From: Verrucomicrobiota bacterium
GTDB taxonomy: Bacteria > Verrucomicrobiota > Verrucomicrobiia > Limisphaerales > AAA164-E04
Direction of reading: 5' to 3'
Assembly (NCBI GenBank): GCA_047947115.1
Contig: CP170459.1
Location: forward strand, 2,496,001 to 2,560,000
Length of the DNA stretch: 64,000 nt
Part shown: positions 19,158 to 27,075 of the stretch, in pieces
How the letters are laid out: each line of letters begins with the position of its first letter
Position numbering within the stretch: the first letter of the stretch is position 1
Notes under the pieces: model-generated
What the model was told of the DNA's origin: nothing
Database searches by the model: none
What the model saw: the letters and a program-made list of their open reading frames with translations, nothing else
Translations under genes and position numbers: made by a program

Positions 19158-20618
19158 ATGCCTACCATACTGTTAGTGCTGGACCAACCGAAGCGTTGGA
19201 ACTGGAACATCGAAGGCGTTGAGATAGTCAGCGCCAGGGAATATCTCACCAATCCCGACTGGGCGGAGCGTCGTCATTGCAAGGTTTATCACTTGTGCCG
19301 TTCCTACCGTTACCAAAGTCTTGGTTACTACGTGGGACTTTTGGCCGAAGCGCGAGGGCATCGTCCGATCCCGAGAATATCCACCGTGCAGGATATACGA
19401 CATCCTTCCTTGCTGAAAGTTGTCAGCGAGGATCTGGACCAGCTCATACAAAAGTCGCTGGCGCCGCTTCAGGGTAATGAATTCGAAATATCCATCTACT
19501 TTGGACGCAATCTGGCCAAGCGATATGATCGACTGGCCAAGCAGCTCTTCAATCTGTTTCCGGCGCCGCTGTTGCGGGCCTTTTTCAGACTGCGGGAAGG
19601 GAATCATTGGGATTTGATACAGGTCTCGATTTTGTCGACCAAGGATATCCCATCCGATCACCATGAGTTTGTGGGAACCGCCGCCAAGGAGTTCTTTTTC
19701 AAGCCTCCCAGCATCCAATCCAAGCGCAAAAGCCCCCGGTATAACTTGGCGTTGCTGACCGATCCCGATGACCCGACACCTCCGTCGGACGAAAAGGCTT
19801 TGCAGCATTTCATTCATGCCGGAGCGCGTCATTCCATTGCCGTCGAGCGCATCGGTCGTATGGATTATGGTCGACTTGCCGAATACGACGCGCTGTTTAT
19901 TCGACAGACCACCGCCGTTAACAATGTGACTTATCGCTTTGCTCGAAGGGCGGAGGCGGAGGGACTTGTAGTCATGGACGATCCGACATCCATCGTTCGA
20001 TGCACCAATAAAGTTTACCTGGCCGAATTACTCCAACGGCATCGTATCCCAGGTCCGGCCACCATGATGATCCACAAAGACAACATGGAATCGGCCTTAA
20101 ATCGATTGGGATTGCCTTGCGTGTTGAAACAGCCCGATTCCGCCTTCTCTCTTGGAGTCGTCAAAGTCGACACGGAATCAGAATACCGCCGGAAGGTCCT
20201 TGAACTGCTGGAAGGGTCGGACATGTTGATCGGTCAGGAATTTTTGCGCACGGATTTTGACTGGCGCATTGGTGTGCTGGATCGCAAACCCTTGTTCGCA
20301 TGCAAATACTTCATGGCAGCCGGTCATTGGCAGATCTACAACAATTCCGCGGAGGACAAGGACGATTACTCGGGGGATTTCGAAACCATGCCGGTGGAAT
20401 TGGCTCCTCGCAAAGTGGTGTCCACAGCCTTGAAGGCTGCCAATCTGATTGGGAACGGTCTTTACGGAGTGGATATCAAGGATTTTCACGGTCGCCCAAT
20501 CGTGATTGAAGTGAACGACAATCCAAGTATAGACGCGGGTGTGGAAGACAAGATTCTTCGTCACACGCTTTATGACCGGATCATGGAAGTGTTCTATCAA
20601 CGGATGGAGCGTTTGTGA
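19158..20618 (+). CDS. RimK-family ATP-grasp amide ligase with N-terminal RLAN domain
   Basis: LCRSYRYQSLGYYVGLLAEARGH (RLAN), LFIRQTT, CTNKVYL, VLKQPDSAFSLGV, QEFLRTDFDWRIGVL, GLYGVDIK, IEVNDNPS. Confidence 0.92.
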   Translation: MPTILLVLDQPKRWNWNIEGVEIVSAREYLTNPDWAERRHCKVYHLCRSYRYQSLGYYVGLLAEARGHRPIPRISTVQDIRHPSLLKVVSEDLDQLIQKSLAPLQGNEFEISIYFGRNLAKRYDRLAKQLFNLFPAPLLRAFFRLREGNHWDLIQVSILSTKDIPSDHHEFVGTAAKEFFFKPPSIQSKRKSPRYNLALLTDPDDPTPPSDEKALQHFIHAGARHSIAVERIGRMDYGRLAEYDALFIRQTTAVNNVTYRFARRAEAEGLVVMDDPTSIVRCTNKVYLAELLQRHRIPGPATMMIHKDNMESALNRLGLPCVLKQPDSAFSLGVVKVDTESEYRRKVLELLEGSDMLIGQEFLRTDFDWRIGVLDRKPLFACKYFMAAGHWQIYNNSAEDKDDYSGDFETMPVELAPRKVVSTALKAANLIGNGLYGVDIKDFHGRPIVIEVNDNPSIDAGVEDKILRHTLYDRIMEVFYQRMERL

Positions 20619-20643
20619 TCCTGACCCAGTACTTTTCCTGTAT

Positions 20644-21891
20644 ATGAATCGCAGCTCTTACCCGCTTTTCTCCCGTTTTGGTGTGGAGATTGAATACATG
20701 GTGGTTGACCGTGAACGGTTGGACGTTTCGCCGACCACCGATGAAATCCTTTTCCATTTTGGGAACGGTCCGACTTCCGAAGTCGAGTTTGATCAGGCAA
20801 CCTGGTCCAATGAACTGGTCCGGCATGTCCTGGAATTCAAGATCAACCAGCCTGCCGTACAGCTTGAATCCTGTGTGGATATTTTTCAGGAACAGGTTCG
20901 GAAAGCAAACTTGTGGCTTGCCGGGGAGGGGAGACTACTGCTGCCCACCGGGATGCATCCCTGGATGAATCCAAAACGCGAAACCCACTTATGGCCTTTC
21001 GAAGGGAGCGAGATTTACCAGGCCTTTGATCGCGTCTTCGGATGCCAGGGACATGGTTGGAGCAATCTTCAGTCCGTTCATCTCAATCTTCCCTATTCAA
21101 GTGAAGAAGAATTTGTTTATCTGCATGCCGCCATTCGTTTGTTGCTTCCGCTCATACCCGCCCTTTCGGCCAGCACTCCCTTTCAGGAAGGCCAGCACCT
21201 GGGGTTCATGGATCAGCGCCTGGAGTCTTATCGCACGAATGCCCGCCGGTTTGATTGTGTGTCCGGTCAAGTGATTCCCGAACCCTTTGATTCATATCAA
21301 GCTTACCGTGAAGGTGTCTTCGATCCGATTGAGAACTGTTTGAAACCGCTTGATCCGGATGGAATCTTCGAAGCCGAATGGGTAAATGCCCGGGGGGCCA
21401 TTGCCCGACTTTCGCGTGGCAGTATCGAGATACGCATCATTGATACCCAGGAATGTCCATTGGCGGATCTGGCGATCCTGTTTCTGGTGGTCGAGGCGTT
21501 GAAAGTCTTCTTGGCACGTCATTCGGGCAGTCCGACTGCCATGCTTTCTTATCCTCAGGAATGTCTGGTGGACCTTTTTAAACAATCTTCACGTGACGCG
21601 GATCGAACCATTCTGAAGGATCCTGTCTATTTGGATCTGGTCGGTATCGATGCTAAAGAGTCGTGCATGGCCGTGGATTTCTGGAATCAGGTGTATCGAA
21701 CCAAGGTTTCAGCTTCCTCCATTTTCTTTGAGCCACTCGGCATCATATTGAATCAGGGGACTTTGGCCAGACGCATGCTTGACACTGTCGGAAGCCGTCC
21801 CTCACACGAAGAACTGCAACTCCTCTACAGGCGCCTCGGTCACTGTCTGCACGACGGAGTGTTGCTGGCTCGTGACGCACCGGTTGGATAG
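20644..21891 (+). CDS. Glutamate-cysteine ligase family 2 (GCS2; COOH-NH2 ligase) protein
   Basis: FGVEIEYMVVD, SNELVRHVLE, LLPTGMHPWM, HGWSNLQSVHLNLP, WVNARGAIAR, SIEIRIID. Start taken at MNRSS. Confidence 0.88.
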   Translation: MNRSSYPLFSRFGVEIEYMVVDRERLDVSPTTDEILFHFGNGPTSEVEFDQATWSNELVRHVLEFKINQPAVQLESCVDIFQEQVRKANLWLAGEGRLLLPTGMHPWMNPKRETHLWPFEGSEIYQAFDRVFGCQGHGWSNLQSVHLNLPYSSEEEFVYLHAAIRLLLPLIPALSASTPFQEGQHLGFMDQRLESYRTNARRFDCVSGQVIPEPFDSYQAYREGVFDPIENCLKPLDPDGIFEAEWVNARGAIARLSRGSIEIRIIDTQECPLADLAILFLVVEALKVFLARHSGSPTAMLSYPQECLVDLFKQSSRDADRTILKDPVYLDLVGIDAKESCMAVDFWNQVYRTKVSASSIFFEPLGIILNQGTLARRMLDTVGSRPSHEELQLLYRRLGHCLHDGVLLARDAPVG

Positions 21892-21975
21892 TTGTTCGGT
21901 TTATCGAAGACAACGAGATGAGCTTTCCTGCCTGAACCGAGCCAATCTGCTTCTGTCAGCGGATGAGCAACAACT

Positions 21976-24111
21976 TCAGGCTGCAGTCTGTCGCCTTGTT
22001 GCGAACGACGCAACCAGACTTTCGATGAGGATGAGACCTAGAACGGCCGCCAGAGCCCATCGCCAGAATTTTTGTTGGTGTTCAATTTCCTGGGCAGCCA
22101 GTAAACGAGTTTCCTCGGCTGACTGCTGGCGTGATTCAGGGGTGTCTTCGATGGCGGACTCAGGTTGACGGGTTGGCACTCCGAGCCCTTCCAGTGTTTC
22201 GACAGGTAATGGTGACGTGCGGCTTTCGTTGGGATCCAGGTTGACCGCGAAGGTCCAATTGAAATCGTTATCTGCTTCGATTTCATAAAGGCCCGGTTCC
22301 TGTGTAGTTCGATAAAGCTTGTCGGTTTCAATGTTGGATTCGCTACCTTTGGGATCGCGGACCAAAAGCTTGTTGACCGTGGGAATGCTGCTGAGATCCA
22401 CAACTTCGCCGATGCTGTATTGGGTGCGGAGTTCCTGATAATTACGTCCCAGATTGAGGATGGTGTAAAGCCAGGGAACAAACTTTGTTGAAAGTGCCAA
22501 CTGACTGTCCTGCGGCATCCAGGAAGAAGTCAGGATCACCAGCCGACCAAGGCCGGCTTTATGGGTCAGGATGGCCGGAGCGCCGGTGTCAAATCGGGCG
22601 GGGATGGTCATCGATGTGAGGTCTTCTACGAGGTTGCGGATTTCTCGGTGTTTCCAGAAATGGATCTTGCTGAAATCGCTGAAACGCGGATCGGCGAAGG
22701 GGGCGAACAGAGGGTCCTGAAAATCGATCTTTCCAAACAGCGCAAAATCTGAAACCGATGCTTCACTGATTTCCAAAGAAGGATTTTCCCACAATGTTTG
22801 AAGTGTTTCCTGCATGGCGGTGGAGGGGATGGTCATCAAAACGGTGGCGCCCTGTTCCATTTTGCCTCTCAGCCCATCTGCCACAGATTCCGTCAGGGGA
22901 CGTGTGATGATCCAAAGATCAATGGATCGCAGGGAGGCCATGGGATCCCAGGCGTCGCTCTGCGGTTGAATGAGTTCGACCTGATGTTCCGGGATGGATT
23001 GAAATGCTCGCTGAAGGTAATACTCCAGTTCAGTATCACCGGTCGCCTCTTGTCGGGGGGAGAGCAACACAATGCGGCTTCGTTTGGGTTTGAATGGAGC
23101 CATCCAGATCGTGTTGTCAAAACTCTCGGAATCCCCGCTGAGCACCAGTCGATCCGCTCCGCTGGATCGTGGCCATTCCGGAGCGGTGGTGATGCGGGCC
23201 TGGCCTGGTGTGACATACATTGGCAGGCTGGCGGTGTTTGGGACGGGGCCGGATGCGTTTTGCCACGCTACCTGAAACTGTTCTTTCTCTGAGTCCAACG
23301 CGTTGGAAACACGCACACGCGGAGCCACGGATTCGCCGTCCTCTGAAATCTGCCAGGCCGATTGCAGCGCCTGGAGTCCGGCGTTATGGGGGTTTTTGGC
23401 TTTTGCTCCATCGAAAACGACGTAAGCATGCTTGGGCCAATCCTGTCCCCGAAGGCTTTCATAACGGCTTCCTGTTTGCAGGTCCGATATGACGACCATT
23501 TCCCATGCCTGTTGCTCGGTGTCTTTTTCCTCTTCTTTGGCGCCCTCTTCCATGCGGTTCAAGGATTCCAGCAAAGCCGTGTCGATGGAGGTGGATTTCC
23601 AGGTCGGAGATTCGCCTTTGAGCCGGTTAACGACATCCGCAACCCTCACATCTGCATTGATGGCTGACCAATCGGCAAAGGAAACAACTTGTTGAAGGCT
23701 TTCGTCAAAGAGAAAAACGGTGACATAGTTTTCCTGTTTCCATTGCGAAAGCCAGACTTCGGCCTTCGCAAGCGCGTCTTCCCATACCCCGTCGCGGCGC
23801 ATGCTCGCGCTGCGATCCAGAAGCAGGCAATGGCGCACTCGTTCATCGGCTTGAAGTTCCACGCTTTGCTGGTTGGAGAAATAGGGGCGTGAAAAGGCCA
23901 GGGCCATCAATAGCAACACCAGACAGCGGAGCAACAAGAGGAACCAATGTTCGATCCGGCTCTTTTTGGTGAGTTTTGGGGGGGAGGGCTTGAGGAACAT
24001 CAGTGAACTGAAGGTCACCTTGTCCCTCGTTACCCGCCGGATCATGTGAAAGATGATCGGGGCCGCGATGGCGGCGCCTCCGACGAGAAACAATGGATAG
24101 AGAAAACTCAT
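21976..24111 (-). CDS. BatA-domain / von Willebrand A membrane protein
   Basis: MSFLYP...PIIFHMI...FSSLMFL...LLLLRCL...AFSRP N-terminal double-TM (BatA) pattern; MIDAS LLDRSASM; ISDLQ; FAVN.DPNES and a C-terminal TM helix. Confidence 0.88.
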   Translation of the reverse strand: MSFLYPLFLVGGAAIAAPIIFHMIRRVTRDKVTFSSLMFLKPSPPKLTKKSRIEHWFLLLLRCLVLLLMALAFSRPYFSNQQSVELQADERVRHCLLLDRSASMRRDGVWEDALAKAEVWLSQWKQENYVTVFLFDESLQQVVSFADWSAINADVRVADVVNRLKGESPTWKSTSIDTALLESLNRMEEGAKEEEKDTEQQAWEMVVISDLQTGSRYESLRGQDWPKHAYVVFDGAKAKNPHNAGLQALQSAWQISEDGESVAPRVRVSNALDSEKEQFQVAWQNASGPVPNTASLPMYVTPGQARITTAPEWPRSSGADRLVLSGDSESFDNTIWMAPFKPKRSRIVLLSPRQEATGDTELEYYLQRAFQSIPEHQVELIQPQSDAWDPMASLRSIDLWIITRPLTESVADGLRGKMEQGATVLMTIPSTAMQETLQTLWENPSLEISEASVSDFALFGKIDFQDPLFAPFADPRFSDFSKIHFWKHREIRNLVEDLTSMTIPARFDTGAPAILTHKAGLGRLVILTSSWMPQDSQLALSTKFVPWLYTILNLGRNYQELRTQYSIGEVVDLSSIPTVNKLLVRDPKGSESNIETDKLYRTTQEPGLYEIEADNDFNWTFAVNLDPNESRTSPLPVETLEGLGVPTRQPESAIEDTPESRQQSAEETRLLAAQEIEHQQKFWRWALAAVLGLILIESLVASFATRRQTAA

Positions 24112-24118
24112 GCGTCGA

Positions 24119-25078
24119 TCATGCGGTCTGTGCTTTTCGTTGGACCACGCGTCCGCGGTGCATGCGGGCTTTGAGGAAATCGAACAAACCTTTTTCCAGA
24201 GGTTGGTCCGTGGTCAACAAAGTATAGTCGATTCCGGATGCCTCGCAGGCTTTCTTGAGCCGAGCAAGATGTGCCTCCAACTGGCTCATGTATTCCTTAC
24301 GTGCTGTGGCGGGATCGATGAACATTTGTTCGCCGGTTTCCTGGTCTTCAAACTGGATGGCGTTTTCGAATGTGAAATGTCGTTCGGCGGGATCCAGAAT
24401 CTGAAAGACCTGTGCCTCATGTCCGTAGGCGGCAATAGTAGCCAGATCCTCTTCCAATTCATCCAATGGGGCCAGGAAATCGGAAATCAAAATAATCAAC
24501 CCACGTTTGTTCATCAGATCCATGATTCGTTTCATGGGTTTCTGAAGGTTGGTGCTGCCGCCTTGACACGGTTTTTCCAAAGCCTGCATCAATTGGCGCA
24601 AGTGTCCCGGTCGGTTGCGGGCAGGCATGTATTCCTGGATGCCTTCGTCAAAGGACAACATGCCAACCGCATCACCCTGGCGGTTCAGGAAATACCCCAA
24701 AGTTGCTGCGAGTGTGTTGGCATAGTCCTGTTTGGTGACGCCGCTTTGACCAAATTCCATGGAACGACTGCGGTCCATTACCAGGAAGCAGCGAAGATTG
24801 GTTTCGTCCTCGAATTTCTTGATGTAGTAACGGTCGCTGCGGGCGTAAAGTTTCCAGTCCAGATAGCGAGGATCATCCCCCGGCGTATATTGCCGATACT
24901 CGGTGAATTCCACCGAGAAGCCGTGGTAAGGGCTGCGATGCAATCCACTCCAGAACCCTTCAACCACCACTTTGGCGCGCAGTTCCAGATGACGGATGGT
25001 CATCAGGGTGCGGGGATCAATGAACCGATGCTGGCTCAGACCCTGTTGCGCGGAGTGTTTCGTTGTGGTTTCTGCCAT
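24119..25078 (-). CDS. DUF58 domain protein (MoxR partner)
   Basis: GLHRSPYHGFSVEFTEYRQYTPGDDPRYLDWK, KKFEDETN, DRSRSM, ISDF. Confidence 0.93.
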   Translation of the reverse strand: MAETTTKHSAQQGLSQHRFIDPRTLMTIRHLELRAKVVVEGFWSGLHRSPYHGFSVEFTEYRQYTPGDDPRYLDWKLYARSDRYYIKKFEDETNLRCFLVMDRSRSMEFGQSGVTKQDYANTLAATLGYFLNRQGDAVGMLSFDEGIQEYMPARNRPGHLRQLMQALEKPCQGGSTNLQKPMKRIMDLMNKRGLIILISDFLAPLDELEEDLATIAAYGHEAQVFQILDPAERHFTFENAIQFEDQETGEQMFIDPATARKEYMSQLEAHLARLKKACEASGIDYTLLTTDQPLEKGLFDFLKARMHRGRVVQRKAQTA

Positions 25079-25123
25079 GACGAGGATTTCTGGAAACTGC
25101 AGTGGCTGTTTGGTTGACCTTGC

Positions 25124-26140
25124 TTAAATCGGTTTCACCTGGTCCAGCAGCTTCTGGATGATGTTTTCGACACTGACTCCCTCGGCTTCCGCCCGGTAAT
25201 TGGTCAGGATACGATGCCTCAGGGTGGGAGTGGCCAGTTTCTGGATGTCTTCGATGATCACGTGTGAGCGGCCTTGCAACACTGCGCGCACCTTGGCTCC
25301 CAGGATGAGGAACTGGGCGGCACGGAGACCTGCGCCCCAGCTGACCCATTGATTGATGAAATCGGGGGTGTCTTTCTGGTTGGGACGAGAGGCGGACGCC
25401 AGACGGACCGCGTATCGGATCATCTCATCCGCCACAGGCACGGCTCGGACGGTGTCATGAAAACGGATGACGTCTTCACCTGTGAAAATAGGTCTGATGG
25501 GATCGGGCTTTTTCGATGTGGTCTGTTTCACGACCTCCACCTCGTCATCTTCCGGGAGGTAATCAATGACCACATTGAACATGAAACGGTCGAGCTGCGC
25601 TTCGGGCAGGGGATAGGTGCCCTCCATTTCAATGGGATTCTGTGTAGCGAGCACGAAGAAGGGTTCCTCAAGCGGGTGTCGAACACCCGAAGCGGTGATC
25701 TGGTGCTCCTGCATGGCTTCGAGCAGGGCGGCCTGGGTTTTGGGAGGTGTACGATTGATTTCATCGGCCAGGATCATGTTGGCGAAAATGGGGCCTTTGA
25801 CGAAGTTCAGGTGTCGTCCATCGTCCGTTTCCTGCAGGATTTCCGTGCCGGTGATGTCGGCGGGCATCAGGTCGGGGGTGAACTGGATGCGTTGAAATTT
25901 AAGATGGAAAATCTGGGCGATCGATTTCACCAACAAGGTTTTTGCCAGACCGGGTGCACCGGTGATCAGGCAATGACCGCCGGCGAGCAGGGCGATGAGG
26001 ATTTCCTCTATCGGGCCTTTTTGCCCGATGATGACTTTGCTGAGTTCGCCTTCGATGCGGTCGCGGCTCTGGGCGAGTTGTTCCACGGTGCGCTCTTCAT
26101 TCTCCCATGGTTGATTTGTCGATGCTGATTCTGCCTCCAC
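25124..26140 (-). CDS. moxR: MoxR-family AAA+ ATPase
   Basis: GAPGLAKT Walker A, RIQFTPDLMPADITG, LADEINRTPPKTQAALLEAMQE, ATQNPIEMEGTYPLPEAQLDRF. Confidence 0.95.
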   Translation of the reverse strand: MEAESASTNQPWENEERTVEQLAQSRDRIEGELSKVIIGQKGPIEEILIALLAGGHCLITGAPGLAKTLLVKSIAQIFHLKFQRIQFTPDLMPADITGTEILQETDDGRHLNFVKGPIFANMILADEINRTPPKTQAALLEAMQEHQITASGVRHPLEEPFFVLATQNPIEMEGTYPLPEAQLDRFMFNVVIDYLPEDDEVEVVKQTTSKKPDPIRPIFTGEDVIRFHDTVRAVPVADEMIRYAVRLASASRPNQKDTPDFINQWVSWGAGLRAAQFLILGAKVRAVLQGRSHVIIEDIQKLATPTLRHRILTNYRAEAEGVSVENIIQKLLDQVKPI

Positions 26141-26171
26141 ACTGATCCTCTCTCTTGATTGTTTTACCTAA

Positions 26172-27065
26172 TTAATGCGTGAGGGCATACATAACGATAT
26201 TAATGCCCAAAGGGTATGCTTTTTTTTCCGAAAATTCTCTGAAGTAATATTCATTGGCGCCTTCCCATTCCCACCCGTCTCCGAGATCAGTGTTGTGACA
26301 GATGATCATCATCAGGCGTCCTTCGTCGTCGAACAAGCCCTTGTAGAAGGGGGTTTGTGCGTCCCAGCGTTCGAAAGTGATGCCGTCATACTGGCTGTCA
26401 GTTCCACGTCCGACATTTGGGATTTGTGGCTTTTCCTTGAGCGGGAAAACGAAGCTGAAAATGGGGTGTTCTATGGGAAGTTCCTGCGGTTCCCTATCGG
26501 GAAAGACGAGCTTCAATTCTCTGCGCAAATTTTCATATTCATCTACGCCCCAGAAATCGTCGATCATCATGAACCCCCCGCCAAGCAGGTATTTGCGCAT
26601 GGCTTGCCGCTCATCCTCCTGAAGCATCATTTCCCCTGGCTCAATGAGGTAGACGAACGGGTAATCGAACAACTTGGGATCGGTGAGAGAAACAAATTTG
26701 CCGTCCGGATTCACTTTGAGCGATGTCAACTGCTCCAGGCGATAGGAAAAGTTGAGGTCACTCTCCGGCATATCGATACTCCACTTCTGTCGGTAGCGTC
26801 CATAACCATCCGACCAGGAACGAAACTGTATCCGGACAAAGGTGAAGACATCTTCCTTGTATGATTCGTCCAGATCCCAGTCAGGCACACCGGCGCGTTC
26901 GTCACGTTGGTCGCCAAAGCGACGTCCCCATTGCGCCTGTGAGTGGATGTCGATACAAATCAGCCCTGTTATCATCAATACCAAAAACATTCCATGGCGC
27001 AGACCTGCCGTTCCTGCCTTTGGCTGGCTGACGAGCGGTAAGGGTGTGGCACTTGCTATCGGCAT
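26172..27065 (-). CDS. DUF4159 domain protein (probably exported)
   Basis: FTFVRIQF, YPFVYLIEPG, YLLGGGFMMIDDFWG, HPIF, NTDLGDGWE, LGINIVMYALTH. Start may be downstream of 27065. Confidence 0.85.
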   Translation of the reverse strand: MPIASATPLPLVSQPKAGTAGLRHGMFLVLMITGLICIDIHSQAQWGRRFGDQRDERAGVPDWDLDESYKEDVFTFVRIQFRSWSDGYGRYRQKWSIDMPESDLNFSYRLEQLTSLKVNPDGKFVSLTDPKLFDYPFVYLIEPGEMMLQEDERQAMRKYLLGGGFMMIDDFWGVDEYENLRRELKLVFPDREPQELPIEHPIFSFVFPLKEKPQIPNVGRGTDSQYDGITFERWDAQTPFYKGLFDDEGRLMMIICHNTDLGDGWEWEGANEYYFREFSEKKAYPLGINIVMYALTH

Positions 27066-27075
27066 GGAAAAGTTC

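Noticed and set aside
24110..26864. Long plus-strand ORFs 24110-25117, 25274-26128 and 26175-26864
   Set aside because: Antisense to well-supported DUF58, MoxR and DUF4159 genes; expected from codon bias.
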